Origin: Candidatus Latescibacterota bacterium
GTDB taxonomy: Bacteria; Latescibacterota; UBA2968; GCA-2709665
DNA: 64,000 bases
Reading direction: 5' to 3'
Assembly (NCBI GenBank): GCA_965203805.1
Contig: OZ241917.1
Location: 5,440,001 to 5,504,000, forward strand
Part shown: positions 18,662 through 28,830 of the stretch, in pieces
Layout of the letters: every line of letters starts with the position of its first letter
Position numbering within the stretch: the first letter of the stretch is position 1
Program-made: the position numbers and the translations under genes
The notes under the pieces: model-generated
What the model was told of the DNA's origin: nothing
What the model saw: only the letters and a program-made list of their open reading frames with translations
Databases searched by the model: none

Positions 18662-19270
18662 TCACGTCGACGGAGAATCGAGCCGGGCAACGCCGACCAT
18701 CGCGTCTCGCGTGACGAGCGGGACAAGCGCTTCCTCGCTGAAGCCTTCCGTGCCGCCGGGACGCTCCGGGAGTACCATATAGCGGAGATCCGAGTTGCTG
18801 TCCCAGACACGGATTTCCACCGAATCGGGCAGGTGAAGGTCGAATTCCTTCAGCACGGCTCTGGGTTCCCGGACGAGCCGGGAGCGGTAGGCGTAGGACT
18901 TGTACCATCCGGGCGGCAGCCCGAGCAACTGCCAGGGATAACAGGAGCACAGCGTGCAGACCACAACGTTGTGGACTTCCGGTGTGTTTTCCAGAACAAC
19001 GATCTCAGCGCCGTCCCTGCCGCTGAAGCCCAGTTCCGCTATCGCCCCCCTGCCGTTTTCCAGCAGTCTCCGCCTGTAGTCCGGGTCCGTCCAGGCGCGG
19101 GCCACCACTCTGGCGCCGTTGAGCGGGCCGATGTCGTTCTCGTACCTGTTCACGACTTCGTCTATGCGTTCGGTCGTGACCAGCCCCTTTTCAACCAGGA
19201 GCGATTCCAGCGCTCGTGTGCGCAGCGCCGCGTCGGATCCGCTCGGGACCGATTCTTCCTGTCTGCTCAT
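18662..19270 (-). CDS. nthA: Nitrile hydratase alpha subunit (Co-type)
   Basis: [11 protein letters not shown] metal site; CTLCSC is the Co-type motif. Confidence 0.95.
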   Translation of the reverse strand: MSRQEESVPSGSDAALRTRALESLLVEKGLVTTERIDEVVNRYENDIGPLNGARVVARAWTDPDYRRRLLENGRGAIAELGFSGRDGAEIVVLENTPEVHNVVVCTLCSCYPWQLLGLPPGWYKSYAYRSRLVREPRAVLKEFDLHLPDSVEIRVWDSNSDLRYMVLPERPGGTEGFSEEALVPLVTRDAMVGVARLDSPST

Positions 19271-19300
19271 CGCAATGGGCCCTCTCTGTTCCGGATGTGT

Positions 19301-19972
19301 TTACACGGGTTCCAGGTAGCTTTCCCACATGTCCAGATAGACTGCGTTACGGGCTTCGGCCGACTCCCCCCACAATTCGCGGGATGCGAAGCGCACGGCA
19401 TACAGCGATTGCTCGCGGCGCAAGCACCCCTCGGGCAGTTCGGCGTCCTGAAGGTCGTGGATTCCGTAAAAGCGCGTGATGGTTCCGGTTTTTCCCCGAA
19501 CGTACCGTGGAAGCCGCGTGTGCCCTTCGGGATGGATGTTCAGCGCCCGCACCCGGTCTCCATTTTGAAATTGCGGCCGGACGTCCGCCTGCGATGGGGT
19601 GGATTCAGCCGTTCTTCGGCTCGCCAGGTCAGCGCGGACGCCGTCCGGGTCGGCGTGGACCGGTGTTTCGGCGTCCGGCCTTTTCCGGAGCAGCGCCATT
19701 CTCGTTTCCAGCTCATCCGCCGTCAGCGCGCCGGCATCGATCAGGCCCTTGACCCTGGCGTGCAGCCACTTTTCGTAGTAGGTGGACGACAGATAGTGGG
19801 CAGGATCCATGTTTTCGATGTTGTTGCGCGAACCTCCGGGCACGGGCACGGGTGTGGCCACGGCCATTCCCAGTACGCGCCGTTCCCACTCGTGATGGAA
19901 CAGGGGTTCGTTTTCTTCGCGTACGACCGGGCCGAATCCGTGCATCCCGCCCATATCGTGTATGCCGTCCAT
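19301..19972 (-). CDS. nthB: Nitrile hydratase beta subunit
   Basis: MDGIHDMGGM, YYEKW, GHTRLPRYVRG, LWG, DMWESYLE. Confidence 0.95.
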   Translation of the reverse strand: MDGIHDMGGMHGFGPVVREENEPLFHHEWERRVLGMAVATPVPVPGGSRNNIENMDPAHYLSSTYYEKWLHARVKGLIDAGALTADELETRMALLRKRPDAETPVHADPDGVRADLASRRTAESTPSQADVRPQFQNGDRVRALNIHPEGHTRLPRYVRGKTGTITRFYGIHDLQDAELPEGCLRREQSLYAVRFASRELWGESAEARNAVYLDMWESYLEPV

Positions 19973-20058
19973 CGGCGCCTCCTTCGGCCCCCGTCGTGAT
20001 GCGAATTGGTTTTGACCGCGGATCGACGGTGTGTTTCTTGCTCTGGCGTATCCTTCGA

Positions 20059-20769
20059 TCAGGCGCTTCTTGAGTCGTTTCCGTCGTACACGATGTTGCC
20101 GCGGACTCGAATGCGCTTGGGGTTTGGCACATCGGACAGCTCATCCACGCTGTGGTATCCGATGGTCATGCTCATTCGTGTGTTATCTGTCCGGTTCTGT
20201 CCGATGCCGTGGATGATCATGCTGTCGACGACCAGCATGCCTCCCGCGGGCATGGGCACGACCACGGCCTGACGGATGAGGTCCCGCGTCGGTCCGTGGT
20301 TGTGAAGGCGACCTTCGATGCCGGGAAAGTGGTGGGTACCGGGCACGATAAGGGTGGCGCCGTTTTCGGCCGTGGTTTCTTCCAGATAGAAAATTACGGT
20401 GAAGATCGTGCGGGACCACTGCCTCACGTCGCGATGGAAGCCGTCGGGCCCGGTCTCCACCGAGGTGTTCAGGGTCGCGTGGTTGTGCCGGTTCTTGACA
20501 AGTTCGATATTGGGCCCCATCAGACACGTCAGGGGGTCGAGCACGAGGGGGCTGGACGCGGTTTCCAGGAATATGGGGTCTCTGTCCACCAGGTCCGAAA
20601 TCCGCACCACCCGCCCCGCGCTGTTCCTGACAACCGGTTCCACCTCAGCCTCGATATCGGCTCGAATGGTCCTCCGGAGCCTTTCGACCGTGTGTTCGGG
20701 AATACGGTCCGGCAGCTTCAAAAAGCCGTTGTGGCGAAACAACTGTATCTGCTCGCGAGTGAGCGCCAT
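20059..20769 (-). CDS. PhyH-family Fe(II)/2-oxoglutarate dioxygenase (HxD)
   Basis: LTREQIQLFRHNGF, FHRD, NGATLIVPGTH, IIHG, RMS. Confidence 0.88.
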   Translation of the reverse strand: MALTREQIQLFRHNGFLKLPDRIPEHTVERLRRTIRADIEAEVEPVVRNSAGRVVRISDLVDRDPIFLETASSPLVLDPLTCLMGPNIELVKNRHNHATLNTSVETGPDGFHRDVRQWSRTIFTVIFYLEETTAENGATLIVPGTHHFPGIEGRLHNHGPTRDLIRQAVVVPMPAGGMLVVDSMIIHGIGQNRTDNTRMSMTIGYHSVDELSDVPNPKRIRVRGNIVYDGNDSRSA

Positions 20770-20857
20770 AGCGGGACGATCCGGCTGACAGTCCGTTGGA
20801 AAAGTCGCGCTGCAGGCGAGGTCGGCCGCAGCCCGGATGGACTTTATAAACGGGCTG

Positions 20858-21595
20858 TTAAGGTGCCTTTGGAAAAGGGTGCGGATGACCGATATAGATT
20901 CGTTCGCCCGCGACGAGGATTTTCTCCGGGTCTTCCTTGATGACATCGTGGGCGGCGTGCGCCTGGTAACCCAGTGTCATACTCCTTCGGGAAACGGCCG
21001 AGTTGTTGGTGCCGGCGCCGTGGAAGCAGGCGTCATTGAACAGCAGGACACCGCCGCGAGGCATCGGCACCGGGAGGGACTTGGTGAATAAGTCGGAGGT
21101 CTCGAATTCACCGCCCGGGCGGCGCGGACGCCTGAACGGACGCCGGTGGCTTCCAGGCACGATGCGGATGCAGCCATTGTCCAGAGTGGATTCCTCGAGG
21201 TAGATGAGGGCCGTAACCAGTGCGGGCTGGTAGGGTTCTTCTCCGCTGTGCCAGTAGACGAATTCGGATCCCGGCGGGCGGACCATGATGTGATTGTGCT
21301 TGTTCGTGAGCAATTCGATATTGGGGCCGAGAATGGACGTGAGCGGGTCCAGAACACATGGATGCGTGGCCGCGTGGAGGTAACTGCGGTCACGGGAGAG
21401 GACCTTCGAGAGCCGGCGAACGTCGTCCGGCTCGCGCGAGCCGGATTTCTCCCAGACAACCGGTTCGATCATCCCCCGGATCTGTTCGTCGGTAACGGCG
21501 TTCAGGCGTTCGACGAGATCGTCCGGCAGGGTTTCCGGAACCCTGTGGATGCCTGTGTGGTCGAAGTACCAGAGATCCTCTTCAGTCAGGCCCAA
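20858..21595 (-). CDS. PhyH-family Fe(II)/2-oxoglutarate enzyme with HxG motif
   Basis: YWHSGE, NGCIRIVPGSH, CFHG, RRS; TTG start. Confidence 0.85.
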   Translation of the reverse strand: MGLTEEDLWYFDHTGIHRVPETLPDDLVERLNAVTDEQIRGMIEPVVWEKSGSREPDDVRRLSKVLSRDRSYLHAATHPCVLDPLTSILGPNIELLTNKHNHIMVRPPGSEFVYWHSGEEPYQPALVTALIYLEESTLDNGCIRIVPGSHRRPFRRPRRPGGEFETSDLFTKSLPVPMPRGGVLLFNDACFHGAGTNNSAVSRRSMTLGYQAHAAHDVIKEDPEKILVAGERIYIGHPHPFPKAP

Positions 21596-21926
21596 GACAA
21601 TTCCCCGCGACTTGTGAACGAACGAAAGCGGTAAAACCGGGACACGGGCTTCCGCGATATGTTATGGCGGTCCGGGATGCCCTGTCAAGGGTAATCTGGT
21701 GTCCGTTCCGGAGTCGAGGGAACATCGGACCGGCGGCGCGACGTTCGCGGTTTCGGAGCCGCAGAGCCGTTCATTTTTTACTGTGGCGTGAATCCCAAAA
21801 ACCGTTATATTATAGTCTGAATGCGCCTGATGTCCGCGCGGGTCGATTGTCTCAATGATTCAAAACGCCGGCGTGGACGGCTGATTGATGGCGGTCTGTT
21901 TGTATGTTCGTCGAAAGGGATGGTAC

Positions 21927-23774
21927 ATGCCGAATGCGTTGCTGGTCAGTCCCCAGAATCCCGTGACCTTCTGGAGTTTTGACGAAGCCCTGAAAATGAT
22001 CGACAAGAAGGTCGCATTCCCTCCGCTGGGGCTCCTGACCATCGCGGGGATGATGCCCGATTCCTATAACCTGCGCATGGTCGATATGAACGCACACCCG
22101 CTGATCGATGAGGATCTCGAGTGGGCGGATATCGTGATCACGTCGTCAATGATCATTCACTGGCACTCGTTGGAAGACGTGATTGCGCGCTGCAACCGGA
22201 TTGGGGTTCCCGTCCTGAACGGTGGCCCGCTGCCAACCCAATACTTCAAGGAAATTGAGGGCAACGGGGTATTTTATCTGGGCGAGGCCGAGAACGGTTT
22301 TATGGATATCGTAGACCGGCTCGCCGCCGCTTCAGGAGAGGTCAACCGGGAATACGTAGACCGCCGCGGGAGTTTTCAGGACCTGGCCGTAACGCCGCTG
22401 CCCCTCTGGTCCCTCGTCGACTTTGAAGACTACAGCAATATGGTGATCCAGGTCACGCGCGGGTGTCCGGAAAGCTGCACATTCTGCAATATTCCGTCGC
22501 TCTACGGGAAAACGACACGACTGAAGAGCAAGAGCAGAATGATCCAGGAACTCGATGCGCTCTATAACGCGGGCTGGCGCGGCGCCGTGATGGCGGTCGA
22601 CGATAACTTCGTTGGGAATCGGGATGCCATCCGGCACGCGCTTACGGACGAGGTCGTGCCGTGGCAGCAGGAGCGCGGCTACCCGTTTCAGTTCCACACC
22701 CAGGCCAGCATTCGCGTCAGCGACGATCCGGAGTTGCTCGAGGCCATGTACCAGGCGGGGTTCGACAAGGTATTCGCCGGAATCGAGTCTCCGGTAGCGG
22801 AAAGCCTGAAATTCATGGGCGCACAGAAAAATCTGCAGGGCGAGACGCCGCTCATGGACAAGGTGAAAATTCTTCAGGAAACCGGATTCGAAGTGCAGGC
22901 GGGCTTCATTATCGGGCTGGATACCGATCCGGACGATATCGCGGAACGGACCATCGCCTTCATCCGTGAGGCGGGCATTCCGGTTGCTATGGTGGGCATT
23001 CTCGGCGTATTGCGGGATACTCCGGACTACAAGAGGTTCAGCCGGCAGGGGCGGCTGGTGGAAGGCGCGAAGTACACAGGAGATTCCGGCATTTTCAGTC
23101 GTGAATTGAGCTACGTACCGCTGATCGACCCGGACACGCTGCTTGACCGGCACCGGAAGACGGTCGAACTATTGAACAGTCCGCAGGTCTTCTTCGAGCG
23201 GTGCCTGACGTTCTTCAACCACCGGAAACGCCAGCCCGTCGGCAGCATGCCGATCCGGATGCAGGAAGTCAGGGCATTCTTCCGTTCAATCTGGCGGCAG
23301 GGCGTCTGGAACAGGAATTACCGGTCGGAATACTGGAAATTCCTCTTTCAGGTGCTCATCAAGCATCCTGCCAGTCTGTCCGACGCGGTGCGGCTGGCCG
23401 TCCAGGGTCATCACCTGATTCTGACGACACAACGCGCGTTGCAGGTCGACGAAGTGAAGACGTTTCTGGACGAGGCGATCGAGCACCTGCAACACTTCCG
23501 CAATGGCTACCGCGCGGCCTACCGCAAGAACATGGGGGCGTACGCCAGCCGGCTGATGCGGACGGTTCACGACCGTCTCGAGCATTTTCAGGACGACCAT
23601 CGGACGCTTCAACAGCATACCGCGGTGTTCCGAGGCGCGGCGCAGGAGTACTACCAGGCAACCTGCGAGGAGTTCCGGCACCAGATTCACGAGCCGGTAG
23701 AACGATTCCAGCAGGATACGGAACAGCTCCTGCAGACCTTCGCGGCCGAGCGCGCCGCTCTGCAACAGTCCTGA
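21927..23774 (+). CDS. B12-binding radical SAM protein (DUF4070-type)
   Basis: FPPLGLLTIA cobalamin domain; RGCPESCTFC (CxxxCxxC); YWKF in the DUF4070 region. Confidence 0.9.
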   Translation: MPNALLVSPQNPVTFWSFDEALKMIDKKVAFPPLGLLTIAGMMPDSYNLRMVDMNAHPLIDEDLEWADIVITSSMIIHWHSLEDVIARCNRIGVPVLNGGPLPTQYFKEIEGNGVFYLGEAENGFMDIVDRLAAASGEVNREYVDRRGSFQDLAVTPLPLWSLVDFEDYSNMVIQVTRGCPESCTFCNIPSLYGKTTRLKSKSRMIQELDALYNAGWRGAVMAVDDNFVGNRDAIRHALTDEVVPWQQERGYPFQFHTQASIRVSDDPELLEAMYQAGFDKVFAGIESPVAESLKFMGAQKNLQGETPLMDKVKILQETGFEVQAGFIIGLDTDPDDIAERTIAFIREAGIPVAMVGILGVLRDTPDYKRFSRQGRLVEGAKYTGDSGIFSRELSYVPLIDPDTLLDRHRKTVELLNSPQVFFERCLTFFNHRKRQPVGSMPIRMQEVRAFFRSIWRQGVWNRNYRSEYWKFLFQVLIKHPASLSDAVRLAVQGHHLILTTQRALQVDEVKTFLDEAIEHLQHFRNGYRAAYRKNMGAYASRLMRTVHDRLEHFQDDHRTLQQHTAVFRGAAQEYYQATCEEFRHQIHEPVERFQQDTEQLLQTFAAERAALQQS

Positions 23775-23864
23775 TGTCCCGTCACCCGGACAGGTAGCCG
23801 TTCTCCCGCCGATTTCTCCCGTCTCGATACGCGGGGTCGACCTCGCGCAGGACACCAGGGCGCA

Positions 23865-25079
23865 TTACAGCTTCCAGTATTCGTCGATGTCGCGCTGGTA
23901 GGCGTTGATCTTTCCACTGATCACGTCGTTGACCTTGACGACTTCGCGGGATTTGCCCGATTCGTACAGCGCTATGCTCACCGCCTTGCTGCGCAGGCCT
24001 TCCTCCGCATCGATTTCCACGTTGCGTCCGGTGCTGATCGCGTCAATAAAGTCCCAGAGTTCCAGGGGCATGCCGCCGGTGATGCCGTAGGGAAACAGGC
24101 GTTCGTTCTCTTCTTTGCTCAAGCTTTTCCGATACATATTCACAACGCGTTCCATGCTGTACGATACCCCATCCAGTAACTGACACTCGCCGCGATGAGT
24201 GCTTGCCGCCGGATGGAAGATATCGTACTCCACGATGGTTCCCCTGCTGCCCGTCAGATTGAGTTGCAGGAATCCCTTGCCGGGGGCGCTGTTGGTCCAG
24301 GACCAGGTGCCGATAACGCCGCTCTTGAAGTTGAAGATACTCGTCCAGAAGTCCTCTCGCGTGTCGTTGATGATTCGACGTCCCTTCCGGTGCGGGCGTT
24401 TCTCAAGTTGCTCCACGCGGGCGTAGACGCTGTCTATTTCGCCGAACCAGTAGCGCATCGTATCCACCCAGTGGGCGCCGCTGTCCATCACCATGCCGCA
24501 CCCGCCCAGCCGACGGTCCACGCGCCAGTGCCAGTCCGGGAACTTCTGCGGGTCCTGCCAGGAGGCGCTGGCACCCAGCCAGAAGCGGGGTTCCCCCAGC
24601 AGCCCGCCCGCGTTGAAGGCCCAATGGATGGCGCGCTGTCCGACGCTGCGGCGGCACTGTTCGGCCGTTGCGGCAATGCGTTTGTGTTTCTTTGCCGCGG
24701 CGATTATCTTTTTCGTGGCTTTCACCGTGATGCCGATGGGTTTTTCGCAGAGAATGTGCACGCCGCCGGCAAGAAGCTCGCATGCCAGGACGTGATGCAG
24801 GCCGTGAGGGCCGCAGATATCGGCGCCGTCCAGATGTTTTTCGCCGTTGAGCAGTTCTTCCACGGTCCTGTAGGCGTTTACCGGCTCGCCGGTATGACTC
24901 TCAATTCGGTCTGCCATTTCCCTGGCGCGTTCCGGGATATCGTCCACGGCAGCGACAATGCGAAAGCGCGTTTCGTTTTTCTCGAGGAGTTCGGCGTATC
25001 CCCTGAGGTGCGCGCCGGCGATGCCGCCGCAGCCCACCATAGCCAGGTTCACCCGTCTTCCGTTGGATTGTCCGGCCAT
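23865..25079 (-). CDS. Gfo/Idh/MocA oxidoreductase
   Basis: VGCGGIA, LCEKP, DSGAHWVD; RBS GAAAGGA before ATG 25079. Confidence 0.9.
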   Translation of the reverse strand: MAGQSNGRRVNLAMVGCGGIAGAHLRGYAELLEKNETRFRIVAAVDDIPERAREMADRIESHTGEPVNAYRTVEELLNGEKHLDGADICGPHGLHHVLACELLAGGVHILCEKPIGITVKATKKIIAAAKKHKRIAATAEQCRRSVGQRAIHWAFNAGGLLGEPRFWLGASASWQDPQKFPDWHWRVDRRLGGCGMVMDSGAHWVDTMRYWFGEIDSVYARVEQLEKRPHRKGRRIINDTREDFWTSIFNFKSGVIGTWSWTNSAPGKGFLQLNLTGSRGTIVEYDIFHPAASTHRGECQLLDGVSYSMERVVNMYRKSLSKEENERLFPYGITGGMPLELWDFIDAISTGRNVEIDAEEGLRSKAVSIALYESGKSREVVKVNDVISGKINAYQRDIDEYWKL

Positions 25080-25263
25080 ACGATTCCTTTCGGTCATGAA
25101 CGCGATGCAGCCCGGCGGCCGTCTGCGCAGACGGGCCTGTCTCCTGATTGCGCGTCCCATATTATCGGGTTCGGGTGATTTGTCAAGTCGTTTATTCGCG
25201 TTGAAACGAGACCCGGTGGACCGGGTTAAAACGTGTGAGGTTTCTCCAGGGAGGTAAGACAAG

Positions 25264-26133
25264 ATGTTGATTGACGCACACAACCATCCGAACTGGCATG
25301 GTTACGATGCAAAGAGAATTCTGAACAATATGGATGAACAGGGCATCGACAGGATGTGGCTGTTTACCTGGGAGGTGCCGGAAGACGAATACAATCCGTC
25401 CTACCACAAAGCCCTGCCTCCGGGCGGGGTGGGCATTCCGCTGGAAGACGTGCTGCAGGTGGGAAGGGAGGCGCGCGACCGCTTCGTGCTGGGCTATTTC
25501 CCGCACCCGAAACGGCCCGACGCGGCGGACCGCCTGCGGGCCGCGCATGAGATACACGGCATTCAGGTTGCCAGCGAGATGAAGGTGCGGGTCCTGTTCG
25601 ACGATCCGGACGCGATTCAGCTCTATAACGCCTGCGCCGACATGAATCTGCCCATAACGATCCACCTCGACTATCCGATCGGTCATGGCCGGGGAAGCTA
25701 TCCCAGACCGAACTACTGGTATGGCGGGAGTATCGAGGCATTCGAGCGGGCGGTCGCGGCATGCCCGGAAACCACGTTTATCGGTCACGCGCCGGGGTTT
25801 TGGGCGCATATCTCGGGAGACGATCTGTATGACAAAGAGTCGTATCCGCGCGCGCCGGTACTGCCGGGAGGGAAACTGTGGGATCTGATGCGCCAGTACG
25901 ACAATCTGTGGGCGGACCTCTCGGCGGGTTCGGCCCTGAACGCCCTCAAGCGCGACCCCGAGACCGGAAAGAGATTCCTCGTCGAGTTTCAGGATAAACT
26001 GCTGTGGGGCCGGGACTATTTCGACACGGCGCTGATGGATTTCTTCCAGGGCCTATCGTTGCCACGGGACGCGTACGACAAGATAACGTATCGGAACGCG
26101 TTGCGTATCCTCGGCGAATCCGAACCGGGCTAG
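25264..26133 (+). CDS. Amidohydrolase family protein
   Basis: IDAHNH, TIH, IGH, LWGRD. Confidence 0.85.
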   Translation: MLIDAHNHPNWHGYDAKRILNNMDEQGIDRMWLFTWEVPEDEYNPSYHKALPPGGVGIPLEDVLQVGREARDRFVLGYFPHPKRPDAADRLRAAHEIHGIQVASEMKVRVLFDDPDAIQLYNACADMNLPITIHLDYPIGHGRGSYPRPNYWYGGSIEAFERAVAACPETTFIGHAPGFWAHISGDDLYDKESYPRAPVLPGGKLWDLMRQYDNLWADLSAGSALNALKRDPETGKRFLVEFQDKLLWGRDYFDTALMDFFQGLSLPRDAYDKITYRNALRILGESEPG

Positions 26134-26154
26134 GCGAGACGTCCATGGACGCAC

Positions 26155-26188
26155 AAACGCCTCCGGTCGGTCGCCTCCGGAGGCGTTT
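26155..26188. terminator. Hairpin between convergent genes
   Basis: aaacgcctccgg-N10-ccggaggcgttt. Confidence 0.55.
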
Positions 26189-26226
26189 CCCGTTCTGGAA
26201 TCGTGCCGGTCTCGGCCCGGACGTCG

Positions 26227-27345
26227 CTATCCTTTCACGAATTCCGACAATTTCCTGGCATAGGCCGCGTTGCCGTATTCCTTGAGGATGCGGTCCTGCG
26301 CACGCGCCGCGGCGTGTCTCCGCCGGGTGTCGTGGGCCAGCCACCATCGGGCCTTGTCCCGAAGCTCCTCCAGGTCGGTCCAGGTATCGATTTCAATTCC
26401 GACCTCGAAGATTTCCTCTATGCCAGCCACGTGATCGGTGAGCATGAATCCGCCGCTGCCGGTGATTGCGGTGTCCCGTTGATTCAGGTAACCGTACGCG
26501 TCGGGCGAGTTGTGCTGGTTGACGTTGATCTTCGAGGCCCTGTACACACCCGGAAGTTCCATGTAGCTCCGGAAGCCGCGATAGGAATACCGCGGCAGGT
26601 TTTCAAACGTGCCGAATCCCAGGCCGCCGTAGACGTGCACCCGTCCCAGGTCTGCGAGCGCGGCAACCACGTCCTGCCGCAGCGCCCGCTGCTGCGGGAA
26701 GGGGATGGTGTGGGTGATCCGTTTGACCAGGTCTTCGGATTCCAGGTACTCCTCCGGGCTGCCGCCCTCTTTTGTGTAGAGCGACATGATGGTGACGGAG
26801 AGGTCGCATTCCTCGTGTCGCGTCGTTCTCGCGAGTCGATGCAGTTCCATCGCCGGCGGCGGATAAAGGACGATGGCCCGTATACCGCGACTGGCGTAGA
26901 CGGCCACGCTTTCTCTGCAACACGTGGCCGCGAATTCGAACTCCGCCGTGAAATGAGGGCTCCGCAGCAGGTCCCAGGGATCGTCCTGCGTATGGGTGAC
27001 GGTCTTGCACCATGGGAATCTCTCCCGAAGTTCCGTGATGAGCCCGGGCGGCCGGTCGTCTTTGCTGAACCACCAGATGAGCAGTTCCGGTTCGTGTTCG
27101 ATAATCGTCTTGAACAAGCCTTCCCGGAATGCGTCGATGTCCCCGTATTTCAGGTCCCACGCTTCGTGTGGGGGGATGATGTCGGCCTCCTCCTTCGCCA
27201 ATGCGATATCGGCCTCGAGATGGGCTTCGATACACCCGCGCGTGGGTTGATAGAGGACGTCGTAGCCGATGCTTTTGAACCCCTGCTGAATGCTCCAGAG
27301 GGACTGGCCGGGCAGGAATCCGCCCAGAAGGAGGACCTTTGGCAT
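26227..27345 (-). CDS. CgeB-like glycosyltransferase
   Basis: DDPW, YRASKINVN, NQR, GGFMLTD, EIFEVGIE. Confidence 0.75.
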   Translation of the reverse strand: MPKVLLLGGFLPGQSLWSIQQGFKSIGYDVLYQPTRGCIEAHLEADIALAKEEADIIPPHEAWDLKYGDIDAFREGLFKTIIEHEPELLIWWFSKDDRPPGLITELRERFPWCKTVTHTQDDPWDLLRSPHFTAEFEFAATCCRESVAVYASRGIRAIVLYPPPAMELHRLARTTRHEECDLSVTIMSLYTKEGGSPEEYLESEDLVKRITHTIPFPQQRALRQDVVAALADLGRVHVYGGLGFGTFENLPRYSYRGFRSYMELPGVYRASKINVNQHNSPDAYGYLNQRDTAITGSGGFMLTDHVAGIEEIFEVGIEIDTWTDLEELRDKARWWLAHDTRRRHAAARAQDRILKEYGNAAYARKLSEFVKG

Positions 27346-27568
27346 TCGTGAATCCTCTCAATTCAAAAAACGCGCCCGCTTCACGGGTCATCAATCGCGG
27401 GGGCGGCCGCCTTTCGTTGATGGCCAAAGATAGGCGAATTGAAAACCCTGCGAAAGACCAAAGCGGTCCGGTGTGTTCGCCTCGCTTTTTAGGTTGCCCG
27501 ATGCGGACTTTTGTCCTTATTTGGAATCACGAGCCTTCGCGCGCGGCCCCTCGATCGGAGGTGCAACG

Positions 27569-28429
27569 TTGACTACGGACACAGACCTGGCTGCGCCCCG
27601 CACTTCATTGCGGGCATGGTGGTCGAACGACGGTCATCGCTTCCTGCCGCCGGCGCTCATCACCTGCATTCTTGTCGGCAGTCAGATTACGTTTGGCATT
27701 CTCGAAGGTCTGTCGAAAACGGCGTTGGCGATCGCGGTTGCCATTGGCGCGGAGGCCGTGCTCGGCCGGCTGTACGGAAGCCGCAAAGCGAATTTCGTGA
27801 GCGGTTACATTACCGGAATCAGTGTGGGGATTCTGATCCGCTCGCTCTGGCTCTGGCCCTATGCGCTTTGCAGCGCGGTGTCGATTCTTTCCAAGTACGT
27901 GATCCGCTGGCGCGGGCGGCATCTCTGGAATCCTTCAAATCTCGGCGTGTGCGCGATGTTCTTCCTGGCGCCGGAGATGGCCGCCGGGCTGAGCGTTCAG
28001 TGGGGCAACGCCGTCTGGGTCATGCTGGTGATCTGGATCTTTGGCTGGATGGCCGTGTGGCGGGTAAAGCGTTTGCACATCTGCCTGACGTACGTGGTGT
28101 CGTTCCTGGTGCTGGGGTTTGTTCGAAGTCACATGACGGGGCAGGCGTATCTGGCCGGCATCGCTCCAATAACGGGGCCGATGTACCAACTGTTTATCTT
28201 CTTTATGATTACCGATCCGAAGACAACGGTGAAGTCCAGGCGGGGCCAGTGCTGGGTTGCGTTTTCCGTGGCGGCGGTCGAAGCGGTATTTCGTTTGCAT
28301 GAACAGGTCTATGCCCCGTTCTACGCGTTGTTCATTGTGGGGCCGTTCGCGAACGCCGCGGAAATCTGGTTCAAAGGGCGAGGCGCCGTTTCAACGGCAG
28401 GTGGAACCCGTGGAGAAGTCGGCGGTTGA
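27569..28429 (+). CDS. NqrB/RnfD-like (UnbU-like) membrane protein
   Basis: SKYVIRWRGRHLWNPSNLG and FIFFMITDPKT; TTG start after GGAGG. Confidence 0.7.
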   Translation: MTTDTDLAAPRTSLRAWWSNDGHRFLPPALITCILVGSQITFGILEGLSKTALAIAVAIGAEAVLGRLYGSRKANFVSGYITGISVGILIRSLWLWPYALCSAVSILSKYVIRWRGRHLWNPSNLGVCAMFFLAPEMAAGLSVQWGNAVWVMLVIWIFGWMAVWRVKRLHICLTYVVSFLVLGFVRSHMTGQAYLAGIAPITGPMYQLFIFFMITDPKTTVKSRRGQCWVAFSVAAVEAVFRLHEQVYAPFYALFIVGPFANAAEIWFKGRGAVSTAGGTRGEVGG

Positions 28430-28457
28430 TCGTGCAACCATGCGCAAGGAGGTGGCG

Positions 28458-28769
28458 ATGAAAACGGAAATTACGGGGAAGAACCTGGAGGTGTCCGGCC
28501 GCTTGCGGGAGTACATCGAAAAGGAAACAGAAAAACTGAGGCAATTCTATGAACCGATCCTGGACACGCGGATAACCCTGGAGCGGGAAAACCGGATATT
28601 CCGGATTGAGATTGTGGTGCACGTCCACAACCACATCTTGAAGGCCACCGACGAACAGGATGTCATTCACCCCGCGCTTGGCGGCGCCATCGACAAGATG
28701 GTCCGACAGCTCAAGCGCGTCAAGGAGAGACAACGCAGGCCGCGGGCGCCCGCACCGGCACGCGACTGA
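28458..28769 (+). CDS. raiA: Ribosome-associated inhibitor / short hibernation factor
   Basis: ITGKNLEVS..LREYIE, AIDKMVRQLKRVKE. Confidence 0.9.
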   Translation: MKTEITGKNLEVSGRLREYIEKETEKLRQFYEPILDTRITLERENRIFRIEIVVHVHNHILKATDEQDVIHPALGGAIDKMVRQLKRVKERQRRPRAPAPARD

Positions 28770-28786
28770 GCGACGGCGTTACGATC

Positions 28787-28818
28787 GAAACGCTTCCGGC
28801 TACCGCCGGGAGCGTTTT
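28787..28818 (+). terminator. Intrinsic terminator after raiA
   Basis: aaacgcttccggc-tacc-gccgggagcgtttt. Confidence 0.65.
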
Positions 28819-28830
28819 CTGTTTGGCCGG

